A stretch of DNA of 64,000 nt from Patescibacteria group bacterium (GCA_041660005.1 JBAZXG010000001.1:71689-135688); one strand, 5' to 3'. Shown: positions 26,779 through 37,495, counted from the stretch's first letter. The notes: generated from the letters alone by a model not told the origin. Numbers and translations are program-made.

Positions 26779-28047
26779 ATGTACCAAGCGCAAAAACTGA
26801 AAAATGGCGTCAACATGTATGTCGTTCCTTTGCCCAGTACCGAAACCGTGACCGTACTTGTGCTCGTTCGCGCTGGATCAAAGTATGAAACAAAACGAAC
26901 TAATGGGCTCTCACACTTTTTGGAGCACATGTTTTTTAAAGGAACAAAAAAACGACCCACACCTCGGGCAGTTGCTGAAGTGCTTGATAATGTCGGCGGC
27001 GAATACAACGCCTTTACCGACAAGGAACGCACGGGCTACTACGCCAAGGTAGACGCTCGGCATCTTGCCACTGCTGTCGATTGGGTGGCGGATATGCTCC
27101 TCCACTCAACATTTGATGCAGCGGAAATTGAAAGAGAAAAAGGTGTCATTCATCAAGAACTGGCCATGTACTATGACACACCAACCTCCTACATTGACGA
27201 CGTATTCGAAGCACTCCTCTATGGCGACCAGCCCGCTGGTTGGGACATTGGCGGCACCCGGGCAACCGTCGCTGGTGTGACGCGCCGCGATCTTATGAAC
27301 TACCTAAACCGGCGCTACGTTGGCAGCGCGACCACAATTGTGGTCGCTGGTAACGTAGCAAGTGCCAAAGCAAAAAGAATCATTGAACGTGCATTCAACG
27401 AACTTAAGCGCGGCCAAGCGCCAGATAAGCCGCGAGTACGCGAGCGTCAAACAAGACCCGGGATCAAACTACACGTTAAAGCAACCGATCAATCACACCT
27501 CATGCTCGGTGTGCGTGCAGTTACGACCTATGACAAACGGCGTTACGCGGCTGCGCTCCTCGCCACCATTCTTGGTGGAAACATGAGCTCTCGCCTCTTT
27601 ACGTCTCTGCGCGAAGAGCAGGGTCTTGCCTATTACGTTTCTACAAGTCCGCAGCACTATACCGATACCGGATACCTGGTAACAAACGCCGGCGTACCAA
27701 ATAATAAACTAGCTGAGGCGGTAACGACCATTATGAAAGAGTACGAACTGACGAAGCGCGAACCCGTCGGCGCGCAGGAACTGCTTAAGGCAAAGGAGTA
27801 CATCAAAGGAAAATCATTGATTGGTCTTGAGTCGTCTAGTGCGGTCGCCTCTTTCGTTGGAAACCAGGCACTCCTCTACAAAAAAGCTGAATCCATTGAT
27901 GTCTTCCTGAAAAAGATTGACCGCGTAACAGCTCGCGAGGTGCAGGCACTGGCGCAAGAAATTTTTAGAAACGATCGGCTGAACCTTGCTCTCATCGCTC
28001 CCAAAGGGCAAGACGCAATTGCTCGACCTCAGCTTCGTTTTCGCTAA
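26779..28047 (+). CDS. M16-family zinc metallopeptidase (pitrilysin-like)
   Basis: HFLEHMFFKGT inverted zinc-binding motif HxxEH. Confidence 0.8.
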   Translation: MYQAQKLKNGVNMYVVPLPSTETVTVLVLVRAGSKYETKRTNGLSHFLEHMFFKGTKKRPTPRAVAEVLDNVGGEYNAFTDKERTGYYAKVDARHLATAVDWVADMLLHSTFDAAEIEREKGVIHQELAMYYDTPTSYIDDVFEALLYGDQPAGWDIGGTRATVAGVTRRDLMNYLNRRYVGSATTIVVAGNVASAKAKRIIERAFNELKRGQAPDKPRVRERQTRPGIKLHVKATDQSHLMLGVRAVTTYDKRRYAAALLATILGGNMSSRLFTSLREEQGLAYYVSTSPQHYTDTGYLVTNAGVPNNKLAEAVTTIMKEYELTKREPVGAQELLKAKEYIKGKSLIGLESSSAVASFVGNQALLYKKAESIDVFLKKIDRVTAREVQALAQEIFRNDRLNLALIAPKGQDAIARPQLRFR

Positions 28048-28502
28048 AGCCGCGCAGCCAGCCACACGCTGGCAAATACCGCAATCTGAATAACGTAGCC
28101 CGAAGAAATTGAAAATTCCTGACCAAACAAACGGTGCACACTATTGTGCAAATTGGTGAAGCTCGGCCACAGTTTATTACGTGATACTACCGTTACGCCG
28201 CTCAGTATATCGGGCAGTACTGCACCGAGGGCACCAGCATAGGCAGCTACGGGATTACGAATGAAGCCATTCATCCAAAACAACGTAAGGACAGCAAACG
28301 CAGTTGTTAGATCGATCAACAAAAGTACTGCCAGCCATCCATTATGTTTTCCGTCAGAAAAAAATTTCCCGATGGCTTCATCACCATGCGGTACGGCGTC
28401 AAGAAAAAAATGCGACAAGAAGCCACTCGTAAACCCAAGTGATTCGTCGCCAACGGTATCAGCAAGAACAGCACCTACTGAGGCATGAACAGTAAAAAAC
28501 AT
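28044..28502 (-). CDS. Membrane protein, possible metal-dependent membrane hydrolase (YdjM/DUF457-like)
   Basis: HFFLDAVPHGDE motif and three to four TM segments. Weak assignment. Confidence 0.35.
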   Translation of the reverse strand: MFFTVHASVGAVLADTVGDESLGFTSGFLSHFFLDAVPHGDEAIGKFFSDGKHNGWLAVLLLIDLTTAFAVLTLFWMNGFIRNPVAAYAGALGAVLPDILSGVTVVSRNKLWPSFTNLHNSVHRLFGQEFSISSGYVIQIAVFASVWLAARL

Positions 28503-28540
28503 AGTACGATTACTATACCATTACTAATTTTAATAACAAA

Positions 28541-28568
28541 AAACCCCGGCGATATGCCGGGGTTTTTT
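28541..28568. terminator. Bidirectional rho-independent terminator
   Basis: AAAAACCCCGGCGATATGCCGGGGTTTTTTGG, with an A-run on the 5' side and a T-run on the 3' side. Confidence 0.8.
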
Positions 28569-28584
28569 GGTCAGTAGAAAAAAT

Positions 28585-28848
28585 CTACCTGGAGCGGTCG
28601 CCCATCGGGCGCGCTTCATTGACAGTAATCGTACGACCACCGAGCTCCTTGCCGTTCATTGCTGAAACAGCGGCGTCAGCCTCGTCGTCATTAGACATTT
28701 CGACGAAACCAAAACCCTTGGAGCGGCCGGTCATGCGATCATTAATTATTGTGGCGGAAACAACCGTACCAGAACCAGAAAACGCCTCTTTAAGTTCGTC
28801 TTCTGTAGTGCTGTACGGAAGGCCTCCGACAAACAGTCGCTTAGCCAT
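28585..28848 (-). CDS. RRM-domain RNA-binding protein
   Basis: RNP-2 LFVGGL and RNP-1 KGFGFVEM, 87 aa. Confidence 0.85.
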   Translation of the reverse strand: MAKRLFVGGLPYSTTEDELKEAFSGSGTVVSATIINDRMTGRSKGFGFVEMSNDDEADAAVSAMNGKELGGRTITVNEARPMGDRSR

Positions 28849-29003
28849 TCTCGTTCAAAGTTTAGTATCTTAATTATGCGTAGTAAGACGACCTACTTTC
28901 TCGCCCGGCTGTTTAGATAAGATATCAAACTCCGCTCGAGAACCCTTACGACGATCGAACACAGAGTAGCACAATCAATCCTGTTTGTAAAGTCAGGGCA
29001 AAT

Positions 29004-29382
29004 GTCTACTTTCTTGCTTGTCCAAGAAAGTAGACGGAAAGAACGACACCCTGAGGACTCGGCTGAGGTATGACTGCACTCCGAGAACCGATGGTCGTGA
29101 ACTCGTCGTTAGCACTCCTCAAACAGCACGACCATTACTTCGGTTCTCTCCACTGGTCATCACCGACGCCGATCCTATGGGATTCTGCGCCAATTTTGCT
29201 CAAACCCCATTGCCGACCGAGGAAGGCGAACGGACGAAATGCAGGTGATTAAGCGACGATGCTGTTCGAAGCATTAGCAAGTTCATCGTCGCCACCTGCA
29301 CTGAGGAACGTTCGCCGACAACAGTGTCGGCACAGGGCGGGTTTTCTTTCGTCTATTTCTTTGCCCGAACAAAGAAATAGAC
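29004..29382 (-). repeat. Structured noncoding element family, copy 2 (inverted orientation)
   Basis: The reverse complement matches copy 1 from the hairpin GTCTATTTCTTTG...CAAAGAAATAGAC through the ~170-nt core to the hairpin GTCTACTTTCTTG-GACAAG-CAAGAAAGTAGAC. Its 3' end faces the RRM gene start. Confidence 0.75.
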
Positions 29383-29568
29383 AACCTACAGCCCCGTCTG
29401 ACGGGGCGAGGTTAATGAGTATTTTTTCTAAAAATTCTTTTGGTTCATTTTCTTGAGCGCTTAAGAAAATAAAAAACTTATGGGTACTTGACGACTACCT
29501 ACAGCAGGTTCACACTTTCCGACATTAATGTCATCACGTCGGCCAAAAGCCGAAAGGAGTGGAAACGC

Positions 29569-29893
29569 GATGAGGGCGAAGGTAGCGGTAGCGGCTTGTG
29601 TTTTGGCTCTTTCGGTGGTCGGTTGCGGAACTCCGCCATCGAGCGAGCCCAACGGAGGGGTTGCAATTGCGTCCGCGGCGCAGGTCGCGCCGTGGAGGAA
29701 AGTCAAGAGAAACTTCCTTTTTGCGATTGGCGACGCGTTCGACGCGTGCCGAGACAAGAGCAGAAAGGGGTGCAAGAGGAGCAAATCAGCCATCGGGCTC
29801 AAACTCCTCGAGGTCGAAGGGTCACGGTGGGCGCCCTACGAAGAGCGCCTGAAGAAACTAGCAGACTCCGGACTCATTGACGAGTTCGATTAG
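29569..29893 (+). CDS. Putative lipoprotein (high-GC cassette)
   Basis: AAGGAG RBS. MRAKVAVAACVLALSVVGCGT is a signal peptide with a lipobox-like VVGC. About 62% GC. Confidence 0.5.
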
Positions 29894-29920
29894 AACTCGT
29901 CAACCACCAGACCTACGTCG

Positions 29921-29956
29921 AAGTAGCCCGCCGGCGCACACGCACCGGCGGGCTAC
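29921..29956 (+). terminator. Rho-independent terminator
   Basis: GTAGCCCGCCGGCGCACACGCACCGGCGGGCTAC hairpin followed by a T-rich stretch. Confidence 0.7.
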
Positions 29957-30009
29957 TAACGTTTTGAGCAGCACTCGATAGAACGTCGTCGCTCTGCTAT
30001 ACTCCAGCA

Positions 30010-30459
30010 ATGCCAACAAATAATTTAAACAACTTTTTAGCCGACCGTAATGACATCATTACGCTTTTTCAAAAAAAGGGCTGCACCACCTGTCGGGCTG
30101 CGCAGGTACTGCTTTTACAAAATGGCGCAAACTACGTTACGGTGAACTACCACGAAAAACGCATGACGCGTAACGAAATTTGGCAGCTACTTGATAAACT
30201 AAAAATGCACCCCCGTGATATTCTTCGAAAACGCGAACCGCTTTATCGGGAACTACGGCTCGATCAAAAACACCTCTCCGACGCTGATCTCGTCACGCTG
30301 ATGCAAGAGCACCCCGAGCTCATCGAGCGACCAATCGCCGTTCGTGGAGAAATGGCCATTCTAGCCCGACCCGTAGACAAACTGCTGACACTTATCCATA
30401 AACGCGCAGAGTCACGCGCTGGCAAACATAAACCAACGACCTACGCACTTAGTCTTTAA
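30010..30459 (+). CDS. ArsC/Spx-family thioredoxin-fold protein (arsenate-reductase-like)
   Basis: N-terminal KGCTTCRAAQ CxxC-like motif, typical of the ArsC/Spx/YffB family, about 150 aa. Confidence 0.55.
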   Translation: MPTNNLNNFLADRNDIITLFQKKGCTTCRAAQVLLLQNGANYVTVNYHEKRMTRNEIWQLLDKLKMHPRDILRKREPLYRELRLDQKHLSDADLVTLMQEHPELIERPIAVRGEMAILARPVDKLLTLIHKRAESRAGKHKPTTYALSL

Positions 30460-30868
30460 GAAAACGTTCAAATGATTTTTTGTCCCCGTAGGGTAAAAAC
30501 TCCTCCTGGTATTTTGGCGTTAAAAAACCCTTGTACTTTTTGTGCATAATTCCGCACCAATATTTTTCGGTCTCTGCCGCAATGGCGGAGGCAAAACGGA
30601 AAACGCCGTTGACGTAACCGCAGTAGGTACAATTAAATTTTTCAAGAGGACGCAAGTAGCTCAACTTTTGCCGATCGAGGCGAATATAGTTGACGCGACT
30701 TAAAACCGGAAGACCATACAAAGGAAAACAGACCCGCTGATAAATCTCAACGGCAATATCGAGAAATACCACCGGCACAATCATGGCATAAATAAAAGGC
30801 ATCGAGATAATATATTGTATCCTGACGCCAGGTCTTTTTTGCAGAACCTTTCTGAATTGCATAGTCAA
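30449..30868 (-). CDS. Hypothetical membrane-anchored protein
   Basis: One TM segment and a CTYCGY Cys cluster. No family recognised. Confidence 0.4.
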   Translation of the reverse strand: MTMQFRKVLQKRPGVRIQYIISMPFIYAMIVPVVFLDIAVEIYQRVCFPLYGLPVLSRVNYIRLDRQKLSYLRPLEKFNCTYCGYVNGVFRFASAIAAETEKYWCGIMHKKYKGFLTPKYQEEFLPYGDKKSFERFLKD

Positions 30869-30981
30869 GTTAGTTTACGAAAGTGTAGCACTGATTTCCT
30901 TAAATTGCCAGCGTATTATAGTTGACAAAAAACGCCAATACTAACACTATGCTGGCATCCGAGCCGAAGGAGGTGAAGAGG

Positions 30982-31167
30982 ATGAGAAGTGGAACGCTCG
31001 TAGCGACCTACAAGCGTACGCATGGACACTGGTGGATAGAGGTTTCCGGCAACATGCCGTATGACCTGTTCGAATGGCCACTGTTCATGACCATTTTTTC
31101 GTTGCTCCCTGGAGCGAAAAAGCTTGCCATGTGGAGCGAGCATCGGAGGGTTCGTACCCTCCACTGA
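30982..31167 (+). CDS. Small hypothetical protein (high-GC mini-cassette)
   Basis: AAGGAGG RBS before ATG at 30982. GC-rich hairpin terminators downstream at about 31190-31228 and 31264-31290. Confidence 0.35.
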   Translation: MRSGTLVATYKRTHGHWWIEVSGNMPYDLFEWPLFMTIFSLLPGAKKLAMWSEHRRVRTLH

Positions 31168-31303
31168 ACCCGCTCACGCGGGATCTTGCGCGGCGGGCCA
31201 CAGCGATGATCTCGTTGTTGGCCCGCCACCCCCCCTTTACTATTTAACTTCTTACAGAACCAAAAGACCCCGCCAACTGGCGGGGTCTTTTGGTTAAACT
31301 CTA

Positions 31304-32083
31304 TTATTTAATCTCGTACTGCAAATTAACCGTAACGTTCACGTCTTGTGTTCCTGGTTCAATGGTTGGTGCTGCTGCAACTTTATCAGCGCCTCCGCCC
31401 CCAACTCCACCACCCATGCCATACGCGTATGGTTGCGGCGTATTACCACCGTTTGACTCGTCTATAGAGAGAAGCCGCCCAATCCGGAAGCCGCCAGCCT
31501 TGGCAATCGACTCGGCCTTCACTTTTGCTTTCTGAATGGCTTCAGCGCGCGCCTCGTCTTGTACGGCCGTTGGGTCGTCAGTAGTGAAATTCAAATCTGA
31601 AACGCTGTTCGCACCCTTGCTCACCACGCCTGAGAGCACTGTTCCCGCTTTGCTGAAGTCACGAACCTTAACTTCTACTGATTGGCTAACCGAATAACCG
31701 GTGATGTCCGGTGCTTTACACGGGCCGACGCCGTTACAGGGATAATATTGGTAGCGCGGATAAATATTATAACCTGAAGTTCGAATATCTTTAGCATCGA
31801 GTCCTTGCTCTTTAAGATAACTAATAGTCGCGTTGGTCTTTTCGGTATTTTTTTTCTGAAGATCCGCAACATCTTTTCCTCCTTCAGTAATCACACTAAA
31901 AGTAAACTTCGCAACATCTGGCACCGCCACCGCCTTACCGGTTGCGTTTACTGAGAAGCTCCTAAAGGACGTCGGCTCAGAAACCCGGCTATACGTCTTG
32001 ACGTAGCCGATAACGCCCACTGACACAGCCAAAAGTGAAAGAATAAGGACAACCCCTAACGCATCGCGTATTTTACTATTCAT
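31304..32083 (-). CDS. SIMPL-domain (DUF541, BP26/OMP28-like) secreted protein
   Basis: N-terminal TM/signal segment, then a pattern typical of the SIMPL fold (…KAKVKAESIAKAGGFRIGRLLSIDES…). Confidence 0.6.
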   Translation of the reverse strand: MNSKIRDALGVVLILSLLAVSVGVIGYVKTYSRVSEPTSFRSFSVNATGKAVAVPDVAKFTFSVITEGGKDVADLQKKNTEKTNATISYLKEQGLDAKDIRTSGYNIYPRYQYYPCNGVGPCKAPDITGYSVSQSVEVKVRDFSKAGTVLSGVVSKGANSVSDLNFTTDDPTAVQDEARAEAIQKAKVKAESIAKAGGFRIGRLLSIDESNGGNTPQPYAYGMGGGVGGGGADKVAAAPTIEPGTQDVNVTVNLQYEIK

Positions 32084-32156
32084 AAAATTTTATTAACTAC
32101 CTAATGAATTAAGTATAGCAGAGTCTGAATAAAGTGCGGTAGATAAACGAATGATG

Positions 32157-32693
32157 TTATTTTTGACTAAAAGGTGTGAACCGAACGGGAATATAGAGAG
32201 CGTCATCATGCCCTGGAATCCCCGACGGGTTATCTTTTTGTAAAACGAGTACACCCGTTCCTGTTTGGGGAGGAATGAATGTTAAGATTGCGGTAAAAGG
32301 AACAAAATTTTCGGTCATCCAATCACCCTCTGCTTGCGCGACACCAGAACCAAGCACGCTGCCATCGCTTCCGAGCAACCGCACGGGAAAGCTGGCCTCA
32401 AAATACCATGGACCGCGCGCAGAACCCGTAATAACGAGCGGACTAGCTACAACTGCATCCTTCACCGGACTCGTAACAACAATCAAGTTGTTCGCCGTTT
32501 TGCTTGTGGCTTCCAGAGCAGTATTTTTTGAAACTGCTTTTTGCTGTTGCTGTTCATATAAAACACCGAGCAAAAAGACCAGTAATAACCCAACGACCAA
32601 CATCACAGGGGCGATGAGCCACCATAACCACGTCGTTTTTCTTGGGCTGAGAATCATAGAATTTAAGTGTACGCCTGCGTAGTAAAATTGCAA
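32157..32693 (-). CDS. Gmad2 immunoglobulin-like domain secreted protein
   Basis: Signal/TM segment, then SPVKDAVVASPLVITGSARGPWYFEASFPVRLLGSDGSVLG, typical of GerM/Gmad2 Ig-like domains. Confidence 0.55.
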   Translation of the reverse strand: MQFYYAGVHLNSMILSPRKTTWLWWLIAPVMLVVGLLLVFLLGVLYEQQQQKAVSKNTALEATSKTANNLIVVTSPVKDAVVASPLVITGSARGPWYFEASFPVRLLGSDGSVLGSGVAQAEGDWMTENFVPFTAILTFIPPQTGTGVLVLQKDNPSGIPGHDDALYIPVRFTPFSQK

Positions 32694-32905
32694 TCAAGTT
32701 CGCTGTTCCGCGTAAACATCCATAATGCATCCTCAAACTTACCTTGTGCGGCAGCTCTAACTTTTTACCAACAACGACGAAGCAATACTCCCTAAGGGGC
32801 CGGTTCCCTACTCCTTCATTTCTTGAGGAGTAAATACCCTGCTCTCCCCTTCCCTAAACGCCGCCTCTTGACTGTTGTACGAATGTACAATAAAATGAAA
32901 AAGTT

Positions 32906-33499
32906 ATGGGAAGGAAAAAAGGCAAACAAAAAAAACAAAACGCCAGCATCGAACTTCGTCGTTTTTACACTGAACACCAACGCATGCCGAGCTACCGCGA
33001 AGCCGCGACACTCTTCAGGTATCGATCGCCGAACGCTATCACCTACTGGGTCAACCACTGGGCCTCCAAGGGTGTTATACGCCGCGACCGCACCGGTCGG
33101 CTGTTGCCCGGGCCGGCACTGTTGCCTATTCGTCTTCTTGGTGAAGTACGAGCCGGCTTCCCTTCTCCAGCTGAGGAAGAAAATATCGATACCCTATCGC
33201 TCGACGACTGGCTGGTCGGCAACAAAGAGGCAAGTTTTATGCTGAAAGTTTCTGGTAACTCCATGCTCGAGGCGGGCATCCGCCCTGGCGACTATGTGCT
33301 CATCGACCGCGGCCGAACACCCAGAGTTGGAGACATTGTTATTGCTGAAGTCGACAATGAATGGACAATGAAATTTTTTGAAAAACGAGGAACCCGCGTG
33401 GTGCTGCGTGCGGGCAACAAACTCTACCCAACAATCGTCCCGCAGCAAGACCTAACCATTGCCGGCGTTGTTACTTCGGTCATTCGTAAATACAAATAA
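32906..33499 (+). CDS. lexA: LexA-family repressor (S24 peptidase)
   Basis: N-terminal winged HTH, then a GNSM serine motif with a downstream Lys (MKFFEKRG) catalytic dyad. Confidence 0.8.
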   Translation: MGRKKGKQKKQNASIELRRFYTEHQRMPSYREAATLFRYRSPNAITYWVNHWASKGVIRRDRTGRLLPGPALLPIRLLGEVRAGFPSPAEEENIDTLSLDDWLVGNKEASFMLKVSGNSMLEAGIRPGDYVLIDRGRTPRVGDIVIAEVDNEWTMKFFEKRGTRVVLRAGNKLYPTIVPQQDLTIAGVVTSVIRKYK

Positions 33500-33501
33500 C
33501 T

Positions 33502-34806
33502 ATGTACACGATGCAAGAATGGCCGAGAGCAATTATCCATATCGATGGTGACGCCTTCTTTGCCAGCTGCGAACAAGCGGTTCATCCCGAATATCGTGGC
33601 AAGCCCGTCATCACCGGCAAAGAACGCGGCATTGTTTCCGCCGCGAGTTACGAAGCGAAAGCCCGAGGAATTACCCGCGGCGTTCCACTTTGGGAAATAA
33701 AGAAACGCTGCCCCGAAGCCATTATTGTTCCGTCAGACTACGAAACTTATTCGCTCTTTTCAAAACGCATGTTTGCTATCATGCGACGCTTTACCTCAGC
33801 CGTTGAAGAATATGGCATCGACGAAGGGTTCGCCGACCTCACCGGTCTTGCCCGACCGCTCGGCATGGGCTATGTGGAAATCGCACGCATGATGCAAAAA
33901 ACTATCGTACAGGAGCTCGGCATTAGTGTTTCAGTCGGCCTCAGTGTCACAAAGGTTCTTGCTAAATTAGGATCAAAGCACAAAAAACCAGGCGGACTTA
34001 CTGCCATTCCAGCAAACGACACCAAACAATACCTGCGTGAAACTCCCATAGAACAGGTATGGGGCATCGGCCCAAAAACAACCGCCTACTGCACACAACT
34101 CGGCATACGAACGGCGCTGCAGTTTGCAAATCAAACAAGTGAAACTGTGGCCCAACGTTTCACAAAACCGCATGTTGAACTGTGGCAGGAACTTAATGGT
34201 GTGAGTGTCCTAGCGTTAACACCAGAAGAAAAAACGGTATACCAAAGTATTAGTAAAACAAAAACATTTACTCCTACCTCGAGCGATCCCTTTTTTCTTC
34301 ACGCGCAACTCTTAAAAAATATAGAGAACGCTTGCATTAAAGCACGTCGTCATCGACTGGTAGCAAGCCGTCTTGTGGTTTATTTAAAACATCGAGACTT
34401 CGCTACCAGGGCCGTTGAGGGTGTACTCTCCCGGGCATCCGCCTATCCGCAAGATCTACTCAGGGTAGCTGATGAACTTTTTCGAGAAATTTATGAGCCG
34501 CATACCATGTATCGGGCAACCGGCGTGGTGTTGACGCACCTCACAGCAGACAACCGCGTACAGACGTCATTATTTGAACCTCCGCTGCGATTAGAAAAAT
34601 TAGAACGTGTTTACGCTGCCGTTGATCTCTTGGCTGAAAGATTTGGAAAACATACGGTGCGTCTTCTTGGCAGTAACCCTGCCCACCAAGTCCCGCAGCA
34701 TGTACTGGATCGTGGTGACTTACCACTCAGAAAACGCACTCGCCTCAAAGGAGAATCCGTGCGGAAGCACTTGGCAATCCCCGTTCTTGCTCACACGCTC
34801 CGCTAG
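33502..34806 (+). CDS. dinB: Y-family DNA polymerase IV
   Basis: IIHIDGDAFFASCEQ opening and palm/fingers motifs. Directly downstream of lexA. Confidence 0.85.
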   Translation: MYTMQEWPRAIIHIDGDAFFASCEQAVHPEYRGKPVITGKERGIVSAASYEAKARGITRGVPLWEIKKRCPEAIIVPSDYETYSLFSKRMFAIMRRFTSAVEEYGIDEGFADLTGLARPLGMGYVEIARMMQKTIVQELGISVSVGLSVTKVLAKLGSKHKKPGGLTAIPANDTKQYLRETPIEQVWGIGPKTTAYCTQLGIRTALQFANQTSETVAQRFTKPHVELWQELNGVSVLALTPEEKTVYQSISKTKTFTPTSSDPFFLHAQLLKNIENACIKARRHRLVASRLVVYLKHRDFATRAVEGVLSRASAYPQDLLRVADELFREIYEPHTMYRATGVVLTHLTADNRVQTSLFEPPLRLEKLERVYAAVDLLAERFGKHTVRLLGSNPAHQVPQHVLDRGDLPLRKRTRLKGESVRKHLAIPVLAHTLR

Positions 34807-34813
34807 AGAAACG

Positions 34814-36079
34814 CTAAGCCAAAAATAATAAGATGGCCGCAGCAGACATCAGAAGCGTTATAACAACACCAAAAATATTTGAAACGCGCGAATTCGTATA
34901 CTCACCCATGATGCTTTTGCTATTTGCGATCGCCAAAATAACAACCATGAGTGGTGGCGCCAGTACGCCGTTTACCACGGCAGCATAGTAAAGCATTTCA
35001 AACGGGGTAACTGGTAAAAAATTAACGAGAAGACCGACTACTGTAGCAAGCGCAATGACGCCATAAAAACCATGCGCCTGGCGAAATCGGCGGTAAAGGC
35101 CGGTACGCCAACCAAAAGTTTCCGCAACCGCATAGGACGCCGAACCGGCAAGTACAGGCACGGCCAATAAACCGGTGCCGACAATCCCGAGAGCAAAAAG
35201 TAAGTACGTAAACTGGCCGGCCAACGGGCGCAATGCTTCAGCAGCCGCAGCAGCGCTATCAACATGCATTACGCCGTGAAGGCCGAGCGTTGAAGCAGTA
35301 GTTAAAATAATAAAAAACATGATGATATTTGAAAACAACATACCGAAGACTGTGTCAAACCCGACGGAGCGAACATCCTCAAAAGTAATTTTTGGCTGGC
35401 TGTGTACGCGAAATGTGCCATGCAAAATTTCTTCTTCAACCTCTTCGTTCGCCTGCCAAAAAAAGAGGTAGGGTGAAATGGTCGTTCCTAAAAGCGCCAC
35501 AATATTTAAAAGATAGTCTCGGTTCAAAGAAAAATGAGGAATGAAGGTGGCATTCAAAACACTACCCCATGAACGCGTTACTAAAATGCCAGTGATAACG
35601 TATGCGAGTAATGAGAGTGTAAGATATTTTAAATAACGCGCATAACTACGATAAGGCACAAAAATTTCGAGTCCAACCGTCACTGCAACTGAAACGAGCA
35701 ACCAAAAAAGGAAAGGGAAACCAACTAACAATTTTATAGAGGCAGCCATGGCGCCGAGGTCTGCGCCGATGTTGATAACGTTGGCAATAAGGAGCAGCAC
35801 TACAGACCCGTACAAAAGTGGCCGAGAAAAATGTTCCCGCAATACGCCAGCGAGACCCTTTCCGGTCACGAGGCCAATCCGTCCGCTCATTTCTTGCATA
35901 GCAACCATGAACGGCGTAGAGAAAAAAGCAGTCCACAGTTGCCCGTAGCCAAACTGCGCTCCCGTCTGCGCATAGGTCGCAATACCAGAAGGATCATCGT
36001 CTGACGCACCGGTAATAAAGCCGGGTCCGAGTCGTTTAAAAAATTGATGCACTCTACGATGATGTTTTTTTACCGACAT
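34814..36079 (-). CDS. mntH: NRAMP-family divalent metal (Mn2+/Fe2+) transporter
   Basis: GPGFITGASDDDPSGIATYAQTGAQFGYGQLW NRAMP signature. Confidence 0.8.
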   Translation of the reverse strand: MSVKKHHRRVHQFFKRLGPGFITGASDDDPSGIATYAQTGAQFGYGQLWTAFFSTPFMVAMQEMSGRIGLVTGKGLAGVLREHFSRPLLYGSVVLLLIANVINIGADLGAMAASIKLLVGFPFLFWLLVSVAVTVGLEIFVPYRSYARYLKYLTLSLLAYVITGILVTRSWGSVLNATFIPHFSLNRDYLLNIVALLGTTISPYLFFWQANEEVEEEILHGTFRVHSQPKITFEDVRSVGFDTVFGMLFSNIIMFFIILTTASTLGLHGVMHVDSAAAAAEALRPLAGQFTYLLFALGIVGTGLLAVPVLAGSASYAVAETFGWRTGLYRRFRQAHGFYGVIALATVVGLLVNFLPVTPFEMLYYAAVVNGVLAPPLMVVILAIANSKSIMGEYTNSRVSNIFGVVITLLMSAAAILLFLA

Positions 36080-36133
36080 ACGGACATCATTTCACGCCCC
36101 ATGAACTTTTCATGAGGATGGACAGTAATGTAG

Positions 36134-37411
36134 TTAGCGCTTGCCGCTCGATTTCCCAAAACGCGATGATTGGTACGGGGGTCGTCGACGAGGTTTATTG
36201 CCGAATCCACCTGAGCTGGGTCTTGAAAAACGTGACGGTCGATCGCTACTTTCAAATTCACTACTTGATTTTCGTGCCGGCGGTAACTCAGGTAATTTTG
36301 ATATCGGCAGCACCAGGCGAATAAGTCGCTCAATGTCTCTCACGTTCGACCCTTGGTCTGGCGTAGCAAACGATATGGCGTGACCGCGAAGTCCGGCACG
36401 ACCGGTTCGGCCAATGCGGTGCACGTAATCTTCAGGGTTTTCAGGAAGATCAAAATTAACCACGAGTTCAATATTCGTTACATCAATGCCGCGTGCGGCA
36501 ATATCGGTGGCGATGAGTACCCGATACTTCCCTCGCTTGAACCCCTCGAGCGCTTCACGCCGCTGAGCCAGACTGCGATTGGAGTGTATTTCAGCAACGC
36601 GTACACCCATGCCGCGAATGTCACGCGTTATTCTGCTCACCGCATGTTTAGTGCGCGAGAAAACGAGCACCGTCCCGTGGTACTCGGAAAAAAGTTTTTC
36701 CAGAAGTCGCAACTTATCGTCGCGCCTCACCACAAACAGCTCGTGCGTTACGTGGTCTGCAGTTGAACCAGGACGAGCAATTTCCACACGCACCGGAAGT
36801 TGCATATAGGACTTTACCAATCGAACAATCTGGTCTGGCATCGTCGCGGAAAAAAGCATTGTTTGCCGATCTTTTGGCAGGACTTTAAGAATGCGCTGAA
36901 TCTGCGGCATAAAGCCCATATCGAGCATGCGATCGGCTTCGTCGAGCACCAGCACCCGAATATCATTTAATTTCACTGAACCGTGTTCAAGGTGATCAAT
37001 GAGTCGTCCCGGGGTCGCGACAATGACGTGGGGCTTCTTTGCCAAGCTCCGCTGCTGACCACCAATCGGCATACCGCCAATGAGCACGGCAGTTCTGAGC
37101 CCAATAGGCCGCCCGATTTTTTGCAATGTTTCTTCTACCTGCAGCGCCAGTTCACGCGTTGGCAACATGATCAACCCTCGCCCTTTCACTTCTGCCAAAC
37201 GCTGGAGTAGCGGTATCCCAAAAGCCAACGTTTTACCGGTGCCCGTTTGAGCAATACCGATCATGTCTTTCCCCTGTATAGCCAGCGGAATGGATTGGCG
37301 TTGAATCGGTGTTGGTACGGTATACGATGCTTTTTCGAGCACCTCTAAAAGCTTCGGAGCTATGCCGAGGCCAAAAAAACTATCCTTTTCTGTACTATTC
37401 TTTTCTGTCAT
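36134..37411 (-). CDS. DEAD-box ATP-dependent RNA helicase
   Basis: Q-motif, TGTGKT, DEAD, SAT, HRIGRTGRAG, and a C-terminal Arg/Gly/Ser-rich tail. Confidence 0.9.
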   Translation of the reverse strand: MTEKNSTEKDSFFGLGIAPKLLEVLEKASYTVPTPIQRQSIPLAIQGKDMIGIAQTGTGKTLAFGIPLLQRLAEVKGRGLIMLPTRELALQVEETLQKIGRPIGLRTAVLIGGMPIGGQQRSLAKKPHVIVATPGRLIDHLEHGSVKLNDIRVLVLDEADRMLDMGFMPQIQRILKVLPKDRQTMLFSATMPDQIVRLVKSYMQLPVRVEIARPGSTADHVTHELFVVRRDDKLRLLEKLFSEYHGTVLVFSRTKHAVSRITRDIRGMGVRVAEIHSNRSLAQRREALEGFKRGKYRVLIATDIAARGIDVTNIELVVNFDLPENPEDYVHRIGRTGRAGLRGHAISFATPDQGSNVRDIERLIRLVLPISKLPELPPARKSSSEFESSDRPSRFSRPSSGGFGNKPRRRPPYQSSRFGKSSGKR

Positions 37412-37495
37412 AAATTTTCTAGCGACGTGTTATATCAAACAGCTGGAGGAGTATAGCACAAAACACTCAATTAAACGAACTCCTCGCACCATGAA

